Of a DNA stretch of 64,000 nucleotides, positions 17,270 to 26,352 are shown in pieces. The position numbers were made by a program, and so were the translations under genes. Numbering within the stretch: position 1 is the stretch's first letter; every line of letters begins with the position of its first letter. Source of the DNA: Rhodothermales bacterium (GTDB taxonomy: Bacteria > Bacteroidota > Rhodothermia > Rhodothermales > Bin80); NCBI GenBank assembly GCA_965200955.1, contig OZ241742.1, positions 702,831-766,830 on the forward strand, in the 5' to 3' direction. The notes beneath the pieces were generated by a model, which made no database searches, was not told the origin of the DNA, and worked only from the letters and a program-made list of their open reading frames with translations.

Positions 17270-19705
17270 ATGAGTAGAAAATCCTCAAGTTCCCCCCACT
17301 CCATGCGAACTCCCAAGATTTACGCCTACACGTATGGAGAATACCAAAACAAACCCTGGGAGCATCGTAGCGGTGGGTGTGGGTGGATCAAGGTAGGCTA
17401 TACGACCAAGGAAGATGTGTGGGAGCGTATCAAAGAGCAAACGGGTGCAAGTGTACCTGATGACATTATACTGTTGTTAGAAAAGCGAGCGATCACAGAT
17501 CAAGGAGAATCTTTCACCGACACGAAAGTACATCAGAAACTCATTGCAAACGGTGCTCATCGGGTACATAATGAATGGTTTGAAGCAGAAAAAGACGAAG
17601 TAAAAATAGCCATTGCCCAAATCGTTCAAGGACGTAATATTAGTGCTTATGAGAGTTTCAATATGCGGCCAGAGCAACAAGAGGCGGTCAATATTACTGC
17701 GGCTTACTTCCGCAAACAGACAGATGACCAAGCTCGACACTTTCTCTGGAATGCCAAAATGCGGTTTGGTAAAACCTTTACCGCCTACCAGTTGGCACTG
17801 GAGATGGGCTGGACCAAGCTACTGATCCTTACTTATAAGCCAGCGGTAGAAGATTCCTGGAAAAGCGACCTTGAAGATCATCAAGATTTTGAGGGTTGGC
17901 AGTTTTTAGGGAAAGGACAAAGTTTTGAGCAGATTGATGAATCATCCCCTTATGTGTGGATGGTTTCGTTTCAAGATATCATGCAACGAGATGATGGTAA
18001 GGAGATCAAAGATCGACTTGAGTTAGTCTATGTGAATGAATGGGATTGTATCATCATTGATGAATATCACTTCGGTGCATGGCGGACGGGGGCCAAAGAA
18101 TTGTATGATTCCGATTCTTCCGAAGATGGAGATTTAGTTGAAGATTATGATACTAGTATATCACCTACCTCAGCCACTACATCAATTGAATCCCTGCACG
18201 GGAGACATCGACTTTATCTGTCGGGAACTCCATTTAGGGCCTTAGCAGAAGGGGAGTTTAGCGAAGATCAAATCTTTAACTGGACCTACGCAGATGAGCA
18301 GAGTGCCAAACAAGAATGGACTGAGGAGAAGAATCCCTACTCATCCATGCCACAACTCCAACTGTTCACCTATAAAATCAGCGATGCACTTCGCTCTCTG
18401 GCCGAGTCCGGTTTTGATGATGAGTTTGACCTGACGACCTTCTTCAAAGCCAAAATTCAGGATCGGATTCCATGTTTTTGCAAACAAACCGATGTTCAAA
18501 AGTGGGTTGACTGGTTACATAAGTCAGTCAATCCCAGAGAACCTTCAAGATATCCTGGACCTTTTGCAAACCCCGAATTACGCGGATCGCTCAATCATAC
18601 CGTTTGGCATATGCCTGATGTCAACTCTTGCAGAGCGATGAAGAAGCTTCTTGACAGTCCCCAAAATCCTTTCTTCCATGACTATAAAGTCATCTGTGCG
18701 GCTGGGGCAAGAGCGGGTGTAGGAATCAAAGCACTGGGTCCTGTCCGTGATGCTATTGGAGATGGTTCAAAAACAAAAACGATTACCTTAACATGCGGCA
18801 AGCTACTCACGGGCGTGACCGTCCCGCAATGGGGAGCTATCTTCATGCTCCGAGAAACCAGATCAGCCGAAACTTATTTTCAAGCTGCATTCCGTGTTCA
18901 ATCTCCTTGGATTCGCCCAGTAGCAAATGATCCCCATGATAAAGAGATTGTAAAGCACCAAGCGTATATCTTTGATTTTGCACAGAATCGTGCCTTAGAA
19001 ATGATCTATGGATTCTGTGCAAAGCAAGTCAATGCCAAAGAGAGTCAAGATGTCAAATCTGAAGTGCGCGACTTTCTTAATTTTCTACCCATCCTTGCTT
19101 ATAGCGATGGCAAACTCGTCAAACTGAATGAAACGGACCTCATGGATATAGCATCTTCTGGCATTGGATCTGCAATGCTGGCCAAACGATGGCAGTCTTC
19201 TCAATTAATCAATTTGGATGTTGCTACCCTGCAGAAAATTCTCAACAATGAAGAGCTCCTTCGTTCCTTAGAGAATATGGAAGCCTTCCGTGCTTTGCGT
19301 AAATTCACCTCCGAAATCATCAACGCTGAAGAATCAATTAAAAAAGCCAAGCGAACAGGTGGATCAGGTTCAGTAATATCTGATGAAAAAAGGAAGATGA
19401 ATAAGCATCGTAAAGAAATAACCGAAGCTCTCTTGAAATTTCTGACAAGGGTTCCAGTATTTATGTACCTTACGGATTACAGAGAGGAAAGCCTTATTGA
19501 TGTGATCCGAAACATAGAGCCTGCACTCTTTACAAAAGTCACTGGTTTGAAAATCAGCGACTTTGATGCATTGTGTAAGATTGGCGTGTTCAATACTCAG
19601 GCCTTAAATCAATCCATCTATATGTTTAAGAGGCAAGAAGCTGCCAGCTTCCTAAACGAATCATTCTCCTCTGATGATGACATGAAGAATGTCATGACTG
19701 TCTAA
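17270..19705 (+). CDS. T5orf172/GIY-YIG-superfamily-like N-terminal domain fused to SF2 (ResIII/DEAD-like) helicase
   Basis: N-terminus KIYAYTYGEY...GWIKVGYTTKEDVWERIKEQ...VHQKL...HNEWFEA. Helicase motifs MRFGKTFTAYQLA, CIIIDEYHFGAW, LYLSGTPFRAL and YFQAAFRVQSP. The ATG at 17270 is conserved in the decayed copy at 13950, so it is preferred to the TTG at 17162. Confidence 0.8.
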   Translation: MSRKSSSSPHSMRTPKIYAYTYGEYQNKPWEHRSGGCGWIKVGYTTKEDVWERIKEQTGASVPDDIILLLEKRAITDQGESFTDTKVHQKLIANGAHRVHNEWFEAEKDEVKIAIAQIVQGRNISAYESFNMRPEQQEAVNITAAYFRKQTDDQARHFLWNAKMRFGKTFTAYQLALEMGWTKLLILTYKPAVEDSWKSDLEDHQDFEGWQFLGKGQSFEQIDESSPYVWMVSFQDIMQRDDGKEIKDRLELVYVNEWDCIIIDEYHFGAWRTGAKELYDSDSSEDGDLVEDYDTSISPTSATTSIESLHGRHRLYLSGTPFRALAEGEFSEDQIFNWTYADEQSAKQEWTEEKNPYSSMPQLQLFTYKISDALRSLAESGFDDEFDLTTFFKAKIQDRIPCFCKQTDVQKWVDWLHKSVNPREPSRYPGPFANPELRGSLNHTVWHMPDVNSCRAMKKLLDSPQNPFFHDYKVICAAGARAGVGIKALGPVRDAIGDGSKTKTITLTCGKLLTGVTVPQWGAIFMLRETRSAETYFQAAFRVQSPWIRPVANDPHDKEIVKHQAYIFDFAQNRALEMIYGFCAKQVNAKESQDVKSEVRDFLNFLPILAYSDGKLVKLNETDLMDIASSGIGSAMLAKRWQSSQLINLDVATLQKILNNEELLRSLENMEAFRALRKFTSEIINAEESIKKAKRTGGSGSVISDEKRKMNKHRKEITEALLKFLTRVPVFMYLTDYREESLIDVIRNIEPALFTKVTGLKISDFDALCKIGVFNTQALNQSIYMFKRQEAASFLNESFSSDDDMKNVMTV

Positions 19706-19916
19706 ATCAGGTTCTAATGAAGATTCTAAATCCATCATGAGAAAAATGGACACAACTGCTACTGGTGATCAATGATGGGGTGTTTTAAGCGAACGCATCA
19801 CATGAATGAATTTCTACTATACTTGATTGCATTGCATTCATCATGCTGAAACTCAACGACTCGGCTGTAAGCCTCTCTTTTCCCAACTCTTTAACACAGA
19901 GATTACTCTCTACTTG

Positions 19917-22900
19917 ATGCCTCATTTCTGTCACTTACACTGTCATACATCCTACTCACTGTTAGACGGAGCGGCCCGAATTGATCTGCTCATTGGTCAA
20001 GCGAAAAAACTCGGAATGTCTGCTCTGGGCATTTCGGATCATGGCAATTTATATGGCGTGCCAGAATTCCACTCCATTGCAAAACGTAATGGTATTAATC
20101 CAATCATCGGATGCGAATTCTATCTGTGTGATAGTCCTATGGGGGAACGCAAAGACCGTAAACGATACCATCAGATTCTGTGGGCTAAGAACGAAATCGG
20201 ATATCGCAATCTGATCAAATTGTCGTCACTGTCATTTTTGGAAGGCTTTTATTTTAAGCCCAGAATTGACTTTGATCTTCTTACAAAGTATCACGAAGGG
20301 CTGGTGGCTTCCACCTGCTGTATGCAGGGGCAGGTCCCTCAAGCAATTATTGAGGGTAATCTAACCGAGGCTCGGCGATTGCTGGAAAAGTATATCAATC
20401 TCTTTGGCACCGATGATTACTATGTTGAAATACAAGATCATGGAATTAAGGAGCAGGCCTTGATCAACGAGACGCTCCTCAAATGGGCAAATGAATATAA
20501 TCTCAAGGTGTTTGCTACCAACGATGTCCATTACGTGAATAAAGAAGATGCATTCGCGCAAGACATCTTGCTTTGTCTTCAGACTGGGAAAGATTTTTAT
20601 GACCCAAATCGTCTACGATTTGACAAGAAAGAATTCTATCTGAAGTCTTCAGACGAAATGCTCGCTTCCCTTGGTGGAAAACCTGAAGCGGCGCTATGGA
20701 TGGAAAATAGCCTTGAGATAGCCGAAAAGTGCAAGTTTGAACTGCCGATGGGGAATCTCCTGATGCCCCACTTTCAAATTCCAGAAGAATTTGGTGGGGA
20801 TGCAGACAAGTACCTTAAACACATGGTGTTTCAAAGGGGCAAAAAACGTTATCCTGACTTTTCACAGGAGGTTCAAGATCGTCTGAATTATGAGCTCGGC
20901 ATCATTCAGGAAATGAACTATGCCGGTTATTTTCTGATTGTTCAGGACTTCACCACGGCCGCCCGTGAAATGGGAGTCTCGGTGGGGCCAGGACGCGGCT
21001 CTGCCGCGGGGAGTGCGGTTGCCTATTGTCTTGGCATTACGAATGTGGATCCTCTCAAATATGATCTACTGTTTGAGCGCTTCCTCAACCCCGAGCGCCT
21101 CTCTATGCCTGATATTGATATTGACTTTGATGATCTTGGGAGAGCAAAAGTCATTGATTATGTGGTTCAGAAATATGGTCGGCAGAATGTAAGCCAAATC
21201 GTTACATTTGGAACGATGGGAGCACGTACGGCCTTGCGCGATGTAGCACGTGTTCTTAAGATCCCACTCAAGGAAGCCGATCAAATTGCTAAAACGATCC
21301 CAGATGGAAAAGTGAGCTTGGATGTCGCGTTTGATACGGTGGATGAACTCAAGGAATTACTCAAGTCTGGCAGAGAAGAAATTCAAACGCTCTTCAATGC
21401 CTCACGGGCTCTGGAAGGATGTGCACGTCATACTGGAGTGCATGCTGCAGGTGTTATTATTGCTCCAGGTATCGTAAGCGACTATGTTCCTGTTGCCACC
21501 ACAAAAAACAAAGATGAACAGGTACTCACTACGCAATATGCAGGTGAGTGGGTAGAAGACTTTGGCCTGCTCAAAATGGATTTTCTTGGACTTTCCACAT
21601 TGACAATCATCAATGATACGTGTGCCATCCTTGAAGATAGAATGGGAAGTGCTCCAGACATGGATGAGATACCATTGGACGATTCACGCACACTTGAACT
21701 CTTTCAAAAAGGAGACACCAGTGCGATCTTCCAATTTGAATCTGATGGGATGCGTAAATGGCTCGTTCAGTTGCAGCCTACATCCATAGATGATCTCATT
21801 GCTATGAATGCCCTCTATCGTCCTGGACCCATGGATATGATTCCAATCTATATTCGTCGAAAACATGGTAAGGAACCCGTAGACTATCCCCATGAATCCT
21901 TGGAGCCAGTCCTGAAAGCTACCTATGGAATACCGGTTTTTCAGGAGCAGGTGATGCAGATGGCCCAGGTCATGGGAGGATATTCTCTAGGAGCTGCTGA
22001 CATACTGCGAAGGGCTATGGGGAAAAAGAAAAAATCCGAAATGCAAGCCCAACGCAATCGTTTTGTCGAAGGAGCCAGAGAACTTGGGGTCTCCAAAAAA
22101 ACTGCTGACGAGGTATTTGATATGATGGATAAGTTTGCAGGTTATGGATTTAATAAATGCATTGAGGAATCCACCTTGATTACCAGTGCAGATACAGGAC
22201 TTCAAGTGCCTGTTCGCCAACTCCATGAAGAGGGCTGGAAAGATTTTCGTGTTTTTGCATTGTCTGAGGAAGGGGTTTTAGTTCCAAGGGGTATAGAAGC
22301 AGTCTATTATAATGGATACAAGGAAGTATTTGAACTGGTTACTCATAAGGGGTTGAGGATATCTGCGACATCTACCCATCGATTTCGTGTTCATAAAGGG
22401 TGGAAGCGTTTAGAGTCGCTCAGCCTCGGTGATGAGGTTGCCATCAGTGCATCGTTGAATTCATATTCATCTTCCGATCTTGATTCCTCAGGCAACTGCA
22501 TGGTAGAGCCTACGGTCAAGGTGATTTGGGATACCATTGTACAAATCATTCCAAAAGGTCAAGCTCACACCTATGATCTAACCGTTGCAGAAAATCACAA
22601 CTACCTTGCCAGCGGCTTCATCGTCCATAATAGTCATAGTGTGGCCTATTCACTGGTTGCCTATCAAACGGCGTATCTAAAAGCCAACCATACAGCAGAG
22701 TTTATGGCGGCCGTATTATCCAACGTTTCAGGTGATTCCAAGAAATTTATTCTAATCCTTGATGAGACTCAACGCTTGGGCTTAAAGCCTCAACCACCAT
22801 CGGTCACTTTCAGTAAAGAAAATTTTACCGTTGATCAAGAAGGTAGAATCCACTTTGGTCTATCGTCGGTCAAGGGAGTTGCACGAAATGCGGTGGATCA

Positions 22901-23843
22901 TATCGTTTCGCGTAGGCAAGAGAAAGGACCCGCTAAATCTCTCTTCGAATTTGTTAAGCGCTTAGATCTTAAGATTCTCAATAAAAAATCCCTAGAATCT
23001 CTTGCACGTGTGGGTGCATTAGATCACTTGGGGGGCCATCGAGCTCAGATTGTAGAAGCCATTGAATTAGCGATTAATTATGCCGCCAAAGCTCAGAGGG
23101 AAGAAGAATCGGGACAGGGATTCCTGTTTGCTGATGCCGATTCGGAAACTTCACGCCCTGAACCTCAGCTTCCAGAATGTGAGCCGTGGTCTCACTCTAA
23201 AATGCTTGCAATAGAGCGCGAGCTGGCAGGATTTTATTTTTCTGGACATCCACTAGATGGATGGGAAATTGAGCAGCGTTCCAGCTCAAACATAAAATTG
23301 TCAGAGATCTCGGATGTTGCTATGACGACACCAAAAGCGTACCGAAAATCCTGCGGAATTCTGACCCAGATCAAACTCAAGAGGACTCGAAAAGGGGAGT
23401 TAATGTCTACGGCTGTTCTGGAAGACCGTACCGGGCAAGCAGAAATTGTCTGCTTCCCGTCTACTCACGCTGAGGTGCAAGAGTATTTGAAAGAAAATTC
23501 TTTAGTGATGGTAGCAGGTGAGGTAGAGGATACGGGCGGAATGCCCAAAATCCTTGCGAACCAAATTACTCCATTAGACTTGATTCGAGGAGAACTTCTG
23601 GATAGGGTAGAAATCAATATTGATCTGGAGGAATCATCGGAGAAGGATATGAGAGACTTTATTCAACTGTGCAAAATGAACCCTGGTGAGAAAAAACTTG
23701 TTTTCAAGATCACATCCAAGGATCAAAACTTCACGCTTATCAGTGAAAAAATCAATATTGATACGACTCCTGAGTTGATGTCCTCTCTCATGTCTACCTT
23801 CGGACTTGAGAAGGTCCATCTTGAGTGGAAATATCAAAAATGA
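19917..23843 (+). CDS. dnaE: DNA polymerase III alpha subunit (DnaE), interrupted by a mini-intein
   Basis: PHP N-terminus MPHFCHLHCHTSYSLLDGA, the polymerase core, and a C-terminal OB region. The ATG at 19917 is preferred to the TTG at 19827. The conserved GYGFNK|SHSVAYS motif is split by 158 aa. Confidence 0.97.
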   Translation: MPHFCHLHCHTSYSLLDGAARIDLLIGQAKKLGMSALGISDHGNLYGVPEFHSIAKRNGINPIIGCEFYLCDSPMGERKDRKRYHQILWAKNEIGYRNLIKLSSLSFLEGFYFKPRIDFDLLTKYHEGLVASTCCMQGQVPQAIIEGNLTEARRLLEKYINLFGTDDYYVEIQDHGIKEQALINETLLKWANEYNLKVFATNDVHYVNKEDAFAQDILLCLQTGKDFYDPNRLRFDKKEFYLKSSDEMLASLGGKPEAALWMENSLEIAEKCKFELPMGNLLMPHFQIPEEFGGDADKYLKHMVFQRGKKRYPDFSQEVQDRLNYELGIIQEMNYAGYFLIVQDFTTAAREMGVSVGPGRGSAAGSAVAYCLGITNVDPLKYDLLFERFLNPERLSMPDIDIDFDDLGRAKVIDYVVQKYGRQNVSQIVTFGTMGARTALRDVARVLKIPLKEADQIAKTIPDGKVSLDVAFDTVDELKELLKSGREEIQTLFNASRALEGCARHTGVHAAGVIIAPGIVSDYVPVATTKNKDEQVLTTQYAGEWVEDFGLLKMDFLGLSTLTIINDTCAILEDRMGSAPDMDEIPLDDSRTLELFQKGDTSAIFQFESDGMRKWLVQLQPTSIDDLIAMNALYRPGPMDMIPIYIRRKHGKEPVDYPHESLEPVLKATYGIPVFQEQVMQMAQVMGGYSLGAADILRRAMGKKKKSEMQAQRNRFVEGARELGVSKKTADEVFDMMDKFAGYGFNKCIEESTLITSADTGLQVPVRQLHEEGWKDFRVFALSEEGVLVPRGIEAVYYNGYKEVFELVTHKGLRISATSTHRFRVHKGWKRLESLSLGDEVAISASLNSYSSSDLDSSGNCMVEPTVKVIWDTIVQIIPKGQAHTYDLTVAENHNYLASGFIVHNSHSVAYSLVAYQTAYLKANHTAEFMAAVLSNVSGDSKKFILILDETQRLGLKPQPPSVTFSKENFTVDQEGRIHFGLSSVKGVARNAVDHIVSRRQEKGPAKSLFEFVKRLDLKILNKKSLESLARVGALDHLGGHRAQIVEAIELAINYAAKAQREEESGQGFLFADADSETSRPEPQLPECEPWSHSKMLAIERELAGFYFSGHPLDGWEIEQRSSSNIKLSEISDVAMTTPKAYRKSCGILTQIKLKRTRKGELMSTAVLEDRTGQAEIVCFPSTHAEVQEYLKENSLVMVAGEVEDTGGMPKILANQITPLDLIRGELLDRVEINIDLEESSEKDMRDFIQLCKMNPGEKKLVFKITSKDQNFTLISEKINIDTTPELMSSLMSTFGLEKVHLEWKYQK
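22158..22631 (+). other. mini-intein (HINT domain, no homing-endonuclease domain) inside dnaE
   Basis: It begins at Cys (CIEESTLITSADTG, block A), has TSTHRF (block B TxxH), and ends ..YDLTVAENHNYLASGFIVHN followed by Ser+1 (SHSVAYS). It is 474 nt (158 aa) and in frame. Confidence 0.9.
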
Positions 23844-24265
23844 TCGTGAGTAAATCCAAAGTATTATTTGTTTGCACCCATAATTCTTCTCGATCTCAGA
23901 TGGCGGAGGGTATCCTCCGACATCTGTATGACGACCACTATGAAGTCCATAGTGCAGGTACAGAGCCAGGAGGAGTGAGCCCATTTGCAGTCCGTGTGAT
24001 GGAGGAAATCGGAATCAATATTCAGCATCATACATCCAAGGATGTCCATGAATTCCTTTCCATGTATCTTGATACCGTTATTACAGTTTGTGATTCCGCA
24101 CAGGAACAATGCCCTTTTGTTCCAGCCAGAGTGAACCTGCACCGTCGTTTTGAAGATCCTCGTGCAACCACTGGATCAGATGAAGAAAAGTTGGCTGCTT
24201 TTCGACGCGTTCGTGATGAAATTCATCTATGGGTTCAAGACTACTTCAAGCCTTCTTTTTCATGA
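23840..24265 (+). CDS. arsC: arsenate reductase / low-molecular-weight phosphatase family (thioredoxin-type ArsC-like)
   Basis: VLFVCTHNSSRSQMAEG (CX5R-S P-loop) and VITVCDSAQEQCP (second and third Cys). The ATG at 23840 overlaps the dnaE TGA (ATGA). Confidence 0.8.
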   Translation: MIVSKSKVLFVCTHNSSRSQMAEGILRHLYDDHYEVHSAGTEPGGVSPFAVRVMEEIGINIQHHTSKDVHEFLSMYLDTVITVCDSAQEQCPFVPARVNLHRRFEDPRATTGSDEEKLAAFRRVRDEIHLWVQDYFKPSFS

Positions 24266-24594
24266 AACCTCGTTTTTGTGATGATGGATGCCGACCAGAA
24301 TTAGATCTACATGGTTGTGCTGTGGATGAAGCACTGTCTCTTGTCCGCGAACTCATCTATGAATCTATTCGCTATGGTCGAAATTCAATCAAGATCATTC
24401 ATGGAAAATCTACCACCGTCCCTAGAAAACGTACCATCAAATCTGCACTGACTGAATTAGTGGACAGTGACGAATTCTCTACGTATGTGATTGACTCCTA
24501 TAAATCAGAGGGGCATATGACGATTGCTCTGCGAAGAGCTGGGAGTCATCATCCTTCTGGCCGTATGTCTCTGAACTTGAATAATTTTCCATGA
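24262..24594 (+). CDS. Smr-domain protein
   Basis: LDLHGCAVDEALSLVRELI...IKIIHGKS matches the Smr signature. The ATG at 24262 overlaps the upstream TGA. Confidence 0.75.
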   Translation: MKPRFCDDGCRPELDLHGCAVDEALSLVRELIYESIRYGRNSIKIIHGKSTTVPRKRTIKSALTELVDSDEFSTYVIDSYKSEGHMTIALRRAGSHHPSGRMSLNLNNFP

Positions 24595-25277
24595 GGCCCC
24601 TTATTGGAATTACTACATCATTTGACGGTAAGCAACAGCGTCTTGATGAAACCTATGTACAGGCAGTTATTCAAGCAAATGGACAACCAATCCTTTTACC
24701 ATTGGTGACCTCCGCACCAGAGGCTTTTCAACTATGTCATCTGATTCAAGGGCTTATCATTCCTGGTGGTCCAGGGATTTTGAAAAACTCTATTGGGGAC
24801 TTTCCAAAAGAATTAGAATCCGTTCACCCGCGACGCTGGAAGTCAGATAACCTGATCCTTGATGTTGCCATTGAACGAAATTTACCTATTTTAGGAATCT
24901 GCTATGGAATGCAACTGCTCAATGTTCGTGCGGGTGGATCATTGTATTCTGATGTTGAAAAGCAGAGTGCTAATGCATTTGTTCATAGCGAAAAACGGGG
25001 TGCAACCAATCATGATTTAGAGATCAACCCAGATAGTTTTTTTGTAGAGGTTTGGGATTCCATATTAACAGAAGTCAATACCCGTCATTTACAGGCGGTG
25101 TGTGATACCGGGCATGATTATATTGTTAGTGCACGAAGCAGTGATGGTACGGTTGAAGCCATTGAACGTAGCGATAGAACGCACATTGGTGTCCAGTTCC
25201 ACCCAGAGCGTATGAGTGCATTTTCCTTATTCAAAAATCTGATTCAGCAGGCAGAAAATTACAGTGATGTTACGTGA
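24591..25277 (+). CDS. class I glutamine amidotransferase-like hydrolase (peptidase C26 / PuuD-like)
   Basis: ILGICYGMQLLN (nucleophile Cys) and GVQFHPE (His/Glu). ATGA overlap with the smr stop. Confidence 0.8.
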   Translation: MRPLIGITTSFDGKQQRLDETYVQAVIQANGQPILLPLVTSAPEAFQLCHLIQGLIIPGGPGILKNSIGDFPKELESVHPRRWKSDNLILDVAIERNLPILGICYGMQLLNVRAGGSLYSDVEKQSANAFVHSEKRGATNHDLEINPDSFFVEVWDSILTEVNTRHLQAVCDTGHDYIVSARSSDGTVEAIERSDRTHIGVQFHPERMSAFSLFKNLIQQAENYSDVT

Positions 25278-25686
25278 AGAAATACGTTCTATTCATGCAG
25301 ACAAACGCCAGCTGCGGTCATTTGGTATTACCTTAGGAATCGCACTGATCATAATCGCTGGTGTCCTCTTCTGGCGAGATAGTGGTGGATCACTTATCGT
25401 GACATGTGTTGGTGTTGTGTTTCTCATCATTGGACTTGTTGTTCCCCAATGGTTACACCCCCTCTATAAACCATGGATGACGTTAGCACTGCTTCTTGGT
25501 TTTGTGATGACGCGTGTTCTTTTAACAGGGATCTATATTCTGCTCTTTATTCCTACTGGCTTGCTGATGAGGATCTTCAGAAGAGATCCTCTGCATCGCA
25601 AACTTGATCCAGATGCATCAACATACTGGATACCCAAAAAATATGATGTGGATGATGCATCAGAGCGGCTTAAACGATATTACTGA
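25264..25686 (+). CDS. small integral membrane protein (3 predicted TM segments), function unknown
   Basis: Hydrophobic stretches FGITLGIALIIIAGVLFW, LIVTCVGVVFLIIGLVV and TLALLLGFVMTRVLLTGIYILLFIP. It overlaps the upstream gene end. Confidence 0.6.
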   Translation: MMLREEIRSIHADKRQLRSFGITLGIALIIIAGVLFWRDSGGSLIVTCVGVVFLIIGLVVPQWLHPLYKPWMTLALLLGFVMTRVLLTGIYILLFIPTGLLMRIFRRDPLHRKLDPDASTYWIPKKYDVDDASERLKRYY

Positions 25687-25890
25687 TACCCCGCCAAGCT
25701 GAGAATAAGTGCTGAAATCTATCACTCACTCCATTGTGTAATCAGAGTATTTTTGATTATATACAACCTAAAATCTTAGGATATTTGTCTATAATGTCAC
25801 CGATGTAGATGAATTCCAAAACGCCGTATGCTCACACGCTGTGAACAATTCCCTAAGTTTGTAGTATATAAATAAAACGACACATTAATT

Positions 25891-26352
25891 ATGACTACAC
25901 CTGATGCACTTCAAGTTGCCTCTCAGATCCTCTGGATTTCAGATACACATGGGCGACGTTTTACTCCCATGCAGTTACTTAAAATTGCATACATTAGTCA
26001 TGGCTGGTCGCTTGGAATTCTTTCAGAGCCAATGTTTGATGATCCTGTTGAGGCATGGAAATATGGCCCAGTAGTCCCTAATGTATATCACAAATATAAG
26101 CGTTTTGGATACTCACAAATTTCGGTTAAACTAAAGGATCATCGAGAAATTTTTGATCAGACGCTCTATTCTCTTCTTAATCGAGTTGTAAAAATCTACG
26201 GTAAATTTGATGGTATGTATTTATCAGGACTTACTCACCAGCCAGGCACTCCATGGGACATTACGATTAAAAAGCATGGAGAGGGCTCTTATATCCCCAA
26301 TGATTTAATCAAAGATTACTATTCAGAATTATCGTCCAGAAATGAATCATGA
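25891..26352 (+). CDS. Panacea-domain (DUF4065, PanA/SocA-like) putative antitoxin
   Basis: MQLLKIAYISHGWSLGILSEPMFDDPVEAWKYGPVVPNVYHKYKRFG is the typical DUF4065 core. It overlaps the next ORF by 11 nt. Confidence 0.75.
   Translation: MTTPDALQVASQILWISDTHGRRFTPMQLLKIAYISHGWSLGILSEPMFDDPVEAWKYGPVVPNVYHKYKRFGYSQISVKLKDHREIFDQTLYSLLNRVVKIYGKFDGMYLSGLTHQPGTPWDITIKKHGEGSYIPNDLIKDYYSELSSRNES

Noticed and set aside
19827-19916. 30-codon N-terminal extension of dnaE from a TTG in the ORF track. There are similar TTG/GTG-extended starts for lepA, the helicase, pdhC, the ISL3 transposase, htpG and the second PanA gene.
   Set aside because: Canonical ATG starts coincide with the conserved protein N-termini (for example MPHFCHLHCHTSYS for DnaE). 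The extensions have non-conserved, odd composition.
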